A DNA stretch of 64,000 bases, from the NCBI RefSeq assembly GCF_009914755.1, contig NC_060925.1. One strand, 5' to 3'. Positions 30,276 through 42,049 of the stretch are shown here, one piece after another. A program made the translations under genes and the position numbers. Each line of letters opens with the position of its first letter. The stretch's first letter is position 1. This DNA is from the human T2T-CHM13v2.0 reference genome, Homo sapiens. The notes beneath the pieces are model-generated. The model worked only from the letters and a program-made list of their open reading frames with translations, was not told the DNA's origin and ran no database searches.

Positions 30276-31199
30276 TTTCTATTGACTCCACTCATTTTCT
30301 CTAAGGTTGGACACCTGCTACAGGAAGAGATCTCCCAGCTAACCTACCCCTCTGATAAGCAGAGAAAAAACAAAGTCACTGTTCTAGTGACTTCTGAGCT
30401 CAGGCACCATTGAAGAAGACTCTAACATACTGGGTCTCTGGTCTTGGCTTTGGTCCTGGGAGGCAGTGGAAGAGGAAGCCAATAAAAAGGAAGGGTTTGG
30501 AGAGAAAGTCAGCCAGTGCCCTCACCTCCATTACATCTGTCCTGAGATTTTTCAGCCCCTGACTCTCCCCTCCTTGCACACTGTCCGCCCCCTCAGATTC
30601 CCATCTATCTCTACCCCACTGGATATCACAGACAACCCTATCACACCCTTGACATTCCACCACAGCCCTCAACTTCCTCTTCCCCTTGGCTTGGCACCAT
30701 CTTGCACCCTTGTCAGCACCACTGTCTGGGACAACGCAGTCACAGGCTGTCTCCACTCCAGCACCGGGCTGATGGGGGAACTGGGCCTCGAAGAACTGGG
30801 GTCACTGCAAATCCAGTCTCCCAGCTTAGCTGAGCCCTGAGTGCCACCTAGAATCTTCTTCAAGGTCCCCAGTCAGTTGCCATCTGCAGAGTGCTCCAAG
30901 CCTTTCCGGCTAACCTCAGGTCCCAGGGCTGCCTCTGCTACCTAGCCCCTCTCCGGCACAGAGGATCTTATGTCTTAATGAAGAAAAAATAGAAAAGATT
31001 AGGTGGGAGCTTTCCCAGTATGCCCAATCACCTCACCACCAAAACTTACCCAGATTCTCACCCATCCTTTAATACTTGTCTTCCTCTGGAGAAGAGGTAG
31101 CCCTCTCTCCCCTTTAAGGCTAATCTCTCTGCCTGGGTTATCGTCCCCCTCCTCTTCCATCTTTTATAGAACCTCCTTCTGTTGAGCATCCCAGCCTTG

Positions 31200-32730
31200 C
31201 ATCTTCACCTCCTCTCTCTTTATAGGGTCCATCCCTTTATCCTCCTCCTCTGTCTGTGTCTTCTATAGTCTAAACACGCTGCCTCCCACTCAATGCCATG
31301 TCCCCTGGCAGCTTCATGTCTCGCACTCCTCATTCCTGACCAAACATTCAACAGTAGTCACTCCTAGCTTTCCCCACTTTCTGGCCTTTCATTCACCAAT
31401 CCACTGCAACCTGGTTTCTGTTCCCAGCTCTCTCCTGAAACCACTTTCCTAGACGTCATTAGAGGCCTCCCCCTCTCCTAAATCCACTAGGCATTTTTTA
31501 GCCTTTGGCCCGTTTGGCTTTTCTGCTGCATCCAATACTGTTGAATTCCTTCCTTTTTTCTTCTTAACATCCCTCTTCCTTGCCTTCTGGGGTGGCATTC
31601 TACCCTGGTCCTGGTGCTGCCCACCTCTGCAACCTCTCGGTCTTACTCTCCAGCCTGGCCTCTGTTCCTCTGTCCCTTCCTTGACACTGGTGCTGCCTGG
31701 GGTATACTCCTGTCTTTTCCCTCGCACTCTTCTGGGTCGTTCTACCCCCACACGATGACCCTTTTCCAGCCCAGGCCTCTCTCTTCAAACTCTATCCTGT
31801 ATATCCAGTTGTCTGTTAGACAGCATCTCCTGAATGTCCCCCGGGAACCTCAACTGCAGTGTTTCCCCACTAACCCTGTACTCCCCCTAATATGCACTCC
31901 CCTTGCCATACTCCTGACCTCTGTCAACTCAAGCTGGAAATTCTAAGCTTCACCTCTGATTCCTCCCTTTGTCTCCCCTCCCCAGAATTCAAGCATTAGA
32001 AGAATATTCCTGATTTGGTTCCTGAAGATTTCTCCCATCTCTCCCTCCCCTTCACTTCTATTCTCACCATTTTAATTCGGGCCCCATCAGCTGTCTCCTG
32101 GACTTTTGCAATTGTTTCCTAACTGCTTTCCATACCTTAAGTTTCTCCTCCTGCCTCTCGCTCAGCCTCAAATCATCGCTCAGGAAGCTGCCAGAGACAA
32201 GGCTCTAAACACAGATTTGATGATGTCAAGTCCCAGTTTGAAATCTCCTTTGGCTTCCCATCACCTATAGGATGGAGTCCCGACCCCTTAGCTTAGCACA
32301 TAAGGGCTCTCTCAAGCTGCCTCTTCCTACTTTTTCTCCTGGTCCTCTACAGTATTTCAGCAGCTCCACTCCGTCTCCACTGAACCTCTCCGAGTGCTCT
32401 AGGTTACCTGTTCCTCAGCCCCCACTGGTGCCTTTATTTCCCCAAGCCTCTACTTCCAAGGCTTCTTTCACTCTTGTCTCTCCTCCAGAATCAGCTCAAA
32501 TGCTTCCTCCTCTGGGAAGCCCTCACTGAACTCCCTGGAGAGCATTAGTTCTTTCCTTCCCATAGCATCATGCAAATGCCTCAAGAATGTACCATATTAT
32601 TTCCTAAGTATTGATTTATGTATTCTCCCTGTTAACTTAAAGTAAAAACCTATATCTTATTGTTTTTATCTCCAGTGCCTAGCACTGCAGCAAAGAGTGG
32701 ATGCCCAATAAATGTTTGTAGAATGAAAGA
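31200..32730 (+). mobile_element. L2 LINE remnant
   Basis: Pyrimidine-rich L2 ORF2/3' motifs ending ...cagtgcctagcac...aataaatgtttgtagaatgaa. Confidence 0.7.
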
Positions 32731-32779
32731 GGAAAAGAATCTGGATGGCAAGTAAGAGATCAGGAAGAAAGAAGAGAAT

Positions 32780-32942
32780 GAACCACTTCATCAGTATACC
32801 TGAGGGGCTCATGGAAATTCACATTCTAAGACCCTACCCCAGATCCTCTGAATAGGAATCTCCTGAGGTAGGGCTCAGGAATCCACCTTCTTAATAAGTT
32901 CCTTGGGTGATTCTTATAAACTCTAATGTCTCTAGCCACTGC
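32780..32942. mobile_element. MER5-family DNA transposon fragment
   Basis: ctgaataggaatctcctgaggtagggctcaggaatc...ggtgattctta pattern. Confidence 0.55.
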
Positions 32943-34130
32943 AGTTTTAATATTGCAGAGGTTCTGTTATTTAAGAATCTGACTTAGGGTCAAGAACTTT
33001 AATGGAGTTAATTTCTAAGATAATATAATTACAACATCAATTATGATCATGGTGGTGATAATTACAGAACAAAGGCCTAAAGCAAATGTGGAAACTTAGA
33101 AACACCAAAGAGAAACTACTGCCTGCCTGAGCCCCTGCAAAGGCAGTTTGGTACCCGGGGAAGCAGTGCACTAAGTCAGCAGATGCGGGGCTGAGTCCCA
33201 GCTCTGATTAACACGTGGTTTTCTCTTAGACCGGTACTTCAATATCTCTGGACCTCAGTTCCCCATTTGACAAATGAAGGGGTTGTTTCTAAGATTCCTT
33301 GTAGCTCCGATGTTTTTAAGTGGCTATCTTGAGGAAGGAAAATCTCGTCAAGTGTGGGTAACAGTCCAAGACGCTGTGCTTCTAGACTTGCTATATTTCT
33401 GGAAGATGTCTATCCTGGCAAAAGATGACTATAGTAGAAGCGAGCCAAAAGACAGCCAGCAGGGCCACTTTGTTATAATGAGATTATGCCAGAGCCACTT
33501 TGGCTTATGAAATTAATATAACAGTGCTAATATATTACTGAGAGTAGCAAAGGCGCGCTCTCTCTCAAGAATGCCAAACATACAGTGGGCATCGTCCCCC
33601 TCCCTCTTGACCACAGCCCCATAAAGAAGCAGGACAGGAGAGGAGAACTGCTGTCCTGGGCACGCTGAGTCTGGGGCGAGGGTTGCCAGGAACTGAGTGG
33701 TAGAGGCAGGATCTCCTGGTATGTTGTCACTTAGCCCAAGTCTTCCCATAGGAAAGTCTCGGGGAAAATGAAAGACCTACCTCTGGCCCTTTCAGGGAAG
33801 GAGCTGAAAAAACTCCAGGCTGGGCATTGGTCTAGTCATCCTCCTGGAGGCCTCGCATGTGACCAGGGAGAGGGAGAAAGGGCAGCACTCCCCTGCCCTG
33901 CCCAGCCTTTCCAAGCTGAGGGAATGCCAAGCCTTTGCTGGACTTTGACCCATTGAGGAAAAGGCGGGAGACACATTCAAACAGGCATGGTGATAAACTT
34001 ATTAGTCATGCCCGCCGTTGTAGCCACCGCTTCACCCACCTTCTCCGGCCTGCCCCCAGCCCCGCCACTTTTCAAGTTGGGCAACTTAATGGAAAAAAAT
34101 GAAATAAAAAGAAGAGCGAGACCAACATAC

Positions 34131-34213
34131 TTGATGAAGAAGATTCTCCCACCGCCGTCAACTCCGTAGGCCCACCGGCCGGGCAGGTCCAGCCAGTCAA
34201 TCTCATCGGCCAT
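34131..34213 (-). CDS. PLEKHA6: PLEKHA6 WW-isoform coding exon 1 (start of WW domain 1)
   Basis: ATG in a strong Kozak context (ccGagATGG). Encodes MADEIDWLDLPGRWAYGVDGGGRIFFI+AA, then donor GTATGT. Resembles the PLEKHA5 (LPRSWTYGITRGGRVFFIN) and PLEKHA7 (LPEHWSYGVCRDGRVFFIN) N-termini as recalled. Confidence 0.9.
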
Positions 34214-34351
34214 CTCGGTGTCCCTGCAGCCCCTCTCGCTCTCTGCGCCCCCAGGCGCCGGCTGGGCAGGGGGCTTGGTACCCGGGAACCCCCACTTGCT
34301 GCCCCCTTCCAGAGGCCGTGGTGGGGGAGGGGGTCCGGCCGGGCTGGCGGC

Positions 34352-34397
34352 GTCGCTCCCGGGTCCCTGGCAGTGTCGCTCCCGGGTCCCTGGCAGT
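34352..34397. repeat. Perfect 23-bp tandem duplication (gtcgctcccgggtccctggcagt x2)
   Basis: Units at 34352-34374 and 34375-34397 are identical. Confidence 0.95.
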
Positions 34398-35375
34398 GTG
34401 GCTGGCCTCCCCACTGAAGACGCGCTGGCCTCAAGCCGGGCGGCAGGGAGCAGGCAAGCGCTTAACCCTGGCCGGCCGGGAGCCCCAGACACCACCTGCC
34501 TCCTCGTCGACTCGGGAGCTCCTCTTCGGACCGTTTCCTGAACTTTAATGACGGGCAATTAGCGCGGTGAGTAATTACGATGCCTCTCCTGCCGGGACTG
34601 TTAACGGGCAGCGCTGGGTCTCCGTTCCTCCTGGCTCTGCTGCCCTCCAGCCTGGCGGAGCCCGGAGAGCAGAAGCTGGAGCGGGGAGGATCCCTCCCCG
34701 AAGGGAGCAGGTTGCAGTGCGAGCAGGGGTGTTGCCTCTCCGCTCCCAGCTCCGATCTTGCACTTGAACCACCGGCGGGGCCGGGGGCGGAGCCGCGCCG
34801 CCGCCTCGGAAGGTAATTCACAGCCCCGAGAACTCGCCGGCAGCGCCAAGTCCCCCAGTCCAGGCGCACCGCGCAGAGAACCAGTTTGACTAAAAGAGCT
34901 TTGAATCAGGAACCTGGTGGACATGTCCAGCCACTGAACGGAAAAGGGGAAGTGATTAAACCTGGTTCTACTTGGTGGGAGGTTAGGAGAGGAACAAAGG
35001 TCAAAGGCACGGAAGCGTGGCGGGGCTGTGAGCAGCGAGGGGCCCGGGGAGCCTCTCCTAGCTCAGATGCCAGCCTGATTAGTCGAGCTAGTCCTTACCT
35101 TTCTTTCCCAGCACCTCCTCCAAGAAGTCTGCCATGACTAAGTAGAATCACAGGGAGACCTTAGAAATACTCAGAAACCAACAGCGTTTATGTCCCTCCA
35201 TTCCATTCCCCCTAACTTGCACCAGAAATGGAAAAGGAAAAAGGAAGAAAAATGGAGAGAGAAGGGAATGTGTTATGTGTACAGAATGCAGACTGCAAGC
35301 ATTTCATACTGGCATACCAAAAGCAGTATTGCTGGAGCCCACAGTTCTGCTATCTCAGGGTCTATATCAAAGTTA

Positions 35376-35590
35376 GCCAGCTTAGGAAACATAGCAAGAC
35401 CCTGTCACTACAAATAATAATAATAATTAATTAGCTGGATCTGGTGGCACGAGCCTGTAGTCCCAGCAACTCAGAACACTGTCAGGAGGATCACTTTGAG
35501 CCGGGAGGTCGAGGCTGCGGTGACCTATGATCCTGCCAGTGTACTCCAGCCTGGGCAACAGAGCGAGACCCTGTCTCAAGAAAGAAAAAA
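35376..35590 (+). mobile_element. Partial AluJ
   Basis: Right arm plus the end of the left arm. Confidence 0.8.
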
Positions 35591-36081
35591 TGCTGAAGTC
35601 CATTTGGCTTTCCCAGCTTACTCCGGATCTGCCACTGGGGCTCCAGTTAGGTACATACAGTTCCAATCCATGTGCCAGGCCCAGGAGAATAATTAGACGA
35701 TGAGAGAGACACCTGTGTTTAAAGGGAGCAATGTGTTCCATGACAGCTGGCAATTATCTGTTGGGCAAACATACGTTTTGTGAGCATTCCAGGAGACTTG
35801 ATCCCCATTCCACATAGGTAATTCCTACTCATCCTTTCAGTGTCTACCCATGTGCCACCTCCTCCAGGAAGCCATTCCTGACACTACCCCGGAGAGATTT
35901 ATATGTCCATCCTCCATGTGTCATGGCACCTGATGAATAACCCTATAGTAGCACTTATCACACTGTAATGCAATCCTTGATTTAGTCATCTGTCTCCTCC
36001 ATTGGACTGTGTGCTCCTTGGGGCAGGAACTCCATCTTATCCATCTTTACAGCCCTGGCAGCTGCCTGCGGCACCAATTAA

Positions 36082-36394
<313 letters not shown>

Positions 36395-37789
36395 CAATTA
36401 ACATTTGATGAATGCTTGATATGGTCATAACTGAGAACTACTCTTAACTCTAACCACAATCCCGTACTTTTGGACTTTATTTAGAGGCACTCTCAATATA
36501 ACCATCAGCAACATCAGGGTGTGTGTGGGGAGATCTTCCTGGGAAAAGAAACAGCCTGTGATCCTTCTCATAGATCCCAAATTCTCAACCTGGAGGGTTT
36601 AAAGTGTATACATCTGATAGATGGTAAAGCTAGGAGATGCCTCAGAGAACATTTAGTCCAATCCTCTTGTTTTGAATATGGCAAGTGAGGAACAGAGAAG
36701 GGAAAGGGGCTGGTCAAGGTCACTGAGAAGGGTGGTGGCTGAAAAGGATCTGCCCACCAGTGTCTCAGGCCAGAGCTGTTTTCATTACATCCTTCGCACT
36801 CCAACACTGGAAATGGACTCTGCCAACATCCTGGCTGCCAGATCTAAGTTAAGTCCATTCTCCAGAAGCAGAAGACACGCAGAAACCCATGATGTCCAAA
36901 TTCTTTCTCTCTTCTCAGATCCTACAAATTTCTAGTAGAGAAAGCTTCATTTGACAATGAAGCAGAGCTGCACCTGGGAAGCACAGATGAAGGTCTAGGT
37001 GCCCCTTCGTTTCTGAATTGGAGAAAGTTGGCAGATCAAGGTAGCAGACTCTGCCAGGCTGCAGTCCCCTGTCACCAGCCATATGAAACACCTGTAGGAC
37101 TCACGCCACTGACAAAGCACAGAGCCACCTGCCTAGCCCCTGAGATGGCCAAGAATATAAACGGCCAGAGTTGCTGCCAAGATGCCTCAAGGGAAAATAC
37201 CAGCAATCAGTGCACTCCCAGTCCAACCTGAGCAACCAGTAAGGGCAGCTGCTTGTGCTGAACGTGGGCAGAAACAGGGGACAAGATGACATATATTTGA
37301 AAACATGTATTACACTACTGTCTTCTTCGAGCGCCTCTTGATCTATTTTTCCACGAGATTTTTGTCTTGTTTAATGTCTAATGTAGCCTGGGGTTCCTGG
37401 GGACATTTACCTAGATGAGAAAAGGCCAGTGGCTCAGATTTGTAAATGTTTATTACTCATTTGAAATAAGAAATCACGTTCGAAAATATTTCCCTAACTG
37501 TGGTCTAGTCTCGCTAGTGACTTTTTGCATGCTAGTTCTTGTTTATGATTAGTTATGATTAGTATTGATACTGCTAGTAACGACATTTTAGCAAAAGAGC
37601 TAAAGACATGTAGAAAAAGAGTAGAAAACCCAAATAAAAGCAGCTATTGGTTCAACAATTACCTAGAAGAGAGAAGGAGGGTTGATAGATTAAAATGAAA
37701 ATCATACATGGCTGGCAACTAAGTCAGAAATTTAGCTGTCTGATTGCTTTTCCCCCCACAGCAAATTTTTTTATCCCTTTAAAAATGTT

Positions 37790-37961
37790 TATTTATTTAT
37801 TTATTTGCTTAAAAACAGGATCTCATTTTGTCACCCAGGCTAAGGTGGTGCAGTGGCACAATCAGAGCTCACTGTGACCTTGAACTCCTGGACTCAAGCC
37901 AGCATCCCACCTCAGCCTCCCAAAATGCTGGGATTACAGGAGTGAGCAAGTGCGCCTGGCC
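37790..37961 (-). mobile_element. Monomeric or partial Alu (antisense)
   Basis: Reverse Alu monomer. Confidence 0.75.
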
Positions 37962-38091
37962 TCTTTCATCTCTTTAAAAGGCAACCAAGCATTTGGAAAA
38001 AATATATCAGTAATATTTATAAATTATTCTGATTCTCTATTACATTCTGATGTCTTAATCACTTCAACATTACTATTTCTGGTTTGATATC

Positions 38092-38529
38092 TGTGGTAGG
38101 CTGAAAAACATCTCCTCAAAAGCTATCTGCATCAAATCCCTGGAATCTATTAATGTTCCCTTATTTGGAAAAAGGTCTTTGCAGATACAATTAAGAATCT
38201 TAAGATGAGAAAATCATCCTGGATTACTGGGGTGAGCACTAAATCGAATGACAAATGTCCTCGTAAGAGACACATAAGAAATGTAATAGAAGAGGTGGAA
38301 GTCATGTGACCATGAAAACAGAGATTGGAGTGATGTGGCCCCAAGTTAGGGAATGTTGGCAATCACCAAAAGTTAGAAGAGGCAAAGAGTACATTTTCCC
38401 CTAGAGCTTCCAGAGTGCAGCCCTGCCAATACCTGGATTTCATCCTGAACTGTGAGAGTATAAATTTCTATTGTTTTAAACCACCCAATTTGTAGTAATT
38501 TGTTACAGCAGACATGAGAAATTAATACA
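38092..38529 (+). mobile_element. MLT1 (ERVL-MaLR) solo LTR, MLT1C/D-like
   Basis: tgtggtagg...ggtctttgcagat...gaactgtgagag.ataaatttct.ttgttttaa.ccacccaatttgtagtaatttgttacagcag...taataca. Confidence 0.8.
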
Positions 38530-38559
38530 GTACCTACAAGAAAATCACAACTCAGTGAG

Positions 38560-38852
<293 letters not shown>

Positions 38853-38869
38853 CCCTCAATGAGGACTGA

Positions 38870-39430
38870 AATAAATGTCCATTATTTTTACCTCTCCAGC
38901 ATCTACTCTCCCTTCTTCTGTTAATAGCTGCAGGTTTCCTTTTGACATCTATCTACCCTCTGCCACTCTCAGCCTGTGTGGGCTGGCCCCACCTTTACTC
39001 TCAAGCTCCATTGAGGGTTGGGCTGTGACACAGATCTGCCCAGAGATCTGACAACTCTCCATTCCCCTGGTGCAGGAAAGGACACAAGACTCAGACAAGA
39101 CCAATAAGACTCTGTTTTTTAAAGATCCCAAAATTCTCGGGAAGAAGCCCTTTTCCTCTTGCATTTGAAGGTGGCATGAGTTGTGTTGCCGTTGCTGGGG
39201 TCGTCATGCGGGGGCTGCCTGAAAGTGAAACCAACACAGGAGGAAGTGAAGCCAGAAGACGGCGAGAGAATGGGTCCTCCATATATCCTGGGAGCCCTGG
39301 GATCCAGCTTGCCAGAGAGGCTCTACCCCTATATTTCCAGCTATATGTGCCAATAGACCCCTTACTTCCTTTCTAGTTGGTTTGAGCTGGGTTTCTGCCC
39401 CTAACAAATGAAAAAGTCCTGACCGATATA
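38870..39430 (+). mobile_element. Old MLT1 (J/K-like) LTR fragment
   Basis: ctgcctgaaagtgaaaccaacacag...gagccctgggatccagc..gcc...tttgagctgggtttctg...aagtcctgaccgata. Confidence 0.55.
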
Positions 39431-40114
39431 AAAGTCACACACAAAAAAAGGCTTTTTGTGTGTAATGGGAAAGCCAAAGAGATAATCATGTGTGTTTCTA
39501 GTGACTCACAAATAGGAGCTCTTCTGTTCTGAGAAAACCACAATTTTAGATCAAGAAAGGGTCTTAGTGATCATCTACCCCAAAAAAACACATTTTTCCC
39601 AACCAAGATACTAGAGAATTCAGGAAAGTACCCAGAGTTGTGGCAATTCCACAGTAGAGTTAAGACCAAAACTCAAATCTCCTGAAAACCTGACCAGTAG
39701 AAAGTTCACATTGAGACATTTGCTACATCATTTAAACATATTTGGCCAAGAGACTCACATAGTTACAAGAAGATTATAACAGATTCCTTTGCTCTATAAA
39801 AGAATAGCCACAACAGCAATCTGCGTTGAGGGCTGGTGTTTAATAGTTATGCTCACCTGCAGGCAAGGTCACTAGCCACTGTTGATTTTCTTCCAAGAAC
39901 TAGGAAGCAAAGGAAAGGAAGGCAACAGCTATCTCTGCTGGCATTCGAGATATGGCTGTGTAAATATGCAAGGGTCCAGACAGACTAGTTGCTTAATTAA
40001 AGTCATACCTCTGTAAGGACTTGAAAGAGAAGGGTTTCATTATAAAAACTGCCATTCTAGTGCTGGCATCCAGAGGATGGCAGAATTCTGAGGTTTCCCC
40101 AAAACCAGGTATAT

Positions 40115-41385
40115 TGAATTGCATTGGTTCCACAGATATTTATTGATACCCTCTGTGGGCAAGGACAGAATGTCCCTCCTCTCAAGGAGTTCACATTTAA
40201 TAAGCATGTGGTCTCAGAAGATAAGTCTAGAAAGAAATGGAGAGAGTAAAGGGAACAGAAGGAGCACAGAGGGCGCTCCTGTCTTATATTGTGAATATTT
40301 TACATAGGGTAGTGAGGAAGGGCCTCAGTGAGAAGAATGACATTTGCACAAAGGCTTGAAGGACAGGAGACAGCAAATCGTGTGGACACCAGGGGAAGCA
40401 TGTTCTAGGCAGAGGAAATAGTAAGTACAAAGACCTTGTGGGTGGGAGCACCCTTGAAGTGAGAAGCGACAAGGAGGCCAGTAAGGCTGGAGCAGGGTGA
40501 ATGAAGAAGAGAACAGGAGGAGATGAGGATGGAGGGTAGAGGGAGGCCAGGTCATTCCAAGCCAGTGTAAGGAGTTTTGCTTTTATTCTAAAATGAGACA
40601 GAAAATTGTTGGTTGGTTTTGAGTGCAGAAGTGACATGATCTTCAGGGCTTCATGTATTTAGAGGATCGCTCTGGCTGTTGTTTGAAATAGGGTCAAAGC
40701 AGATTCTAGTTAGGAGGCTATTGTAATAATCCAAGCAAGACATGAAGATGGCTTGGTTCAGGATGTCAGAGGGGAGAAGCAGTGAGAAAGAGTAAGATTC
40801 TGGGTAACTTTTGGAGATAGAACTGACAGGATTTGCTGATAGACTGTATTTGGGCTTAGAGGAAGGGGAGTCAGGATGACTCCAAGGGATTTGGCCTGGG
40901 TGGCTGGAAGGATAGACTAAGATGAGGGTAGGCTGCAGGTAAAGCAGGTGTGGCAGGGAGTTGGGGGAATCAAAAGTTCAATTTTGAGCATGTTAAGTTG
41001 GAGATGCCTATGAGATAGCCAAGCAGAGATGCCAACAAGGTGAGTGGATGTATAAGACTATTAGATTGGTGCAAATGTCATTTTGGTTTTTGCCATTAAA
41101 AACAATAGCAAAAACCGCAATTACATTTGCACCAACCTAATAGAAGACTGAGGAGTAGAGATATGCATTAGTATTTTTCAGTGATTAGAACGTATTACAG
41201 CCCTGAGGCTGGTTGTGATCACAAAGGAAATGAATGTAGGGAGAGAGGAGACAGAGATAAAGGGCTGAGAACTGGGGCATTCCAAATGTCAGAGGTCAAG
41301 TTAATAAGAAAGAACCTGCAAAGGAGACTGGAGAACAAGTGCCCATGAAACAGGAGGACAAGCGGCGGCGGCGTCCTGGAAGTGT
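40115..41385 (-). mobile_element. L2 LINE remnant (antisense) hosting MADE1
   Basis: ggaagggcctc..tgagaag.tgacatttg, aggaggccagt..ggctggagcag, aggaggctattgtaataatccaag, agaactgacaggatttgctgat. Confidence 0.75.
41061..41140. mobile_element. MADE1 (Hsmar1-derived MITE), 80 bp
   Basis: ttagattggtgcaaa...tttgcaccaacctaa terminal inverted repeats, flanked by TA on both sides, inserted in an L2. Confidence 0.9.
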
Positions 41386-42049
41386 GCCTTGTGTGTATTC
41401 ACATCACTCACAAGCAGAAGCAATGTGTGAGTGGTGCCTGTGCTCCAGAAGGGCTGAGGTTAGGGTGGGTTCTGTCTGAGCAGGAAGCAACTTGTACTCC
41501 TGGGTGAAAGGGTGGAGAGACAGCCCAGGTGATTTTTAAGTTGGTCTGAGAACAGGCCTGGGAAGATGATCGTTTTAGCTAATGAGCCCTTGCTCTTCCG
41601 TAGAAAAGTGTGCTGAAATGTGCTTCCTTCAGCTCCATCTCTCAAAGCCTCTGCTCTGGCTTCTCCTGGGAATGATGCCAGCCCAAGATGGCTGGCTGAC
41701 TTTTCCTGCCAGGATGTGTCATGGAGCAGAGAGCTGGCACTGACAGTTCCCCAGAGGGAGAGGGGAGGACTGAAATTGTCAGGGCAAGATATGGGCCTGG
41801 TGGAGCCCAGAGGAATGGCCCCGTCTGTAGTCCACCTGCTGACATTTCTTCTCTGGGTCTCTTCTTGACTTGAGAGCTCTTTCTAGGTAGGCAATGCTCT
41901 TTCAGTGCTGACTTTAATGTGTGTCCTGGGGTTTTTCTAGAAAATGGCAGCTGGTGCAGACTTTGGCATTTCCTGGGACTAACATAGCACTTCGGTTCAA
42001 TTTAGTTCAATAAAATTATAAGGCACAATTATGCCTTCATCTCTGTAAA

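Larger units (their letters stand above)
33960..35050. promoter_or_regulatory. PLEKHA6: CpG island / promoter and 5'UTR of the long PLEKHA6 isoform
   Basis: The densest CpG/GC block in the window. It has a GC box (ggggcggag, ~34784-34792) and surrounds the WW exon 1 ATG. Confidence 0.85.

Noticed and set aside
33977-34558. 193-aa ORF as a single-exon gene
   Set aside because: Only 34213-34131 is supported. WW homology ends at a GTATGT donor and continues in spliced exons; the rest is UTR or intron read-through.
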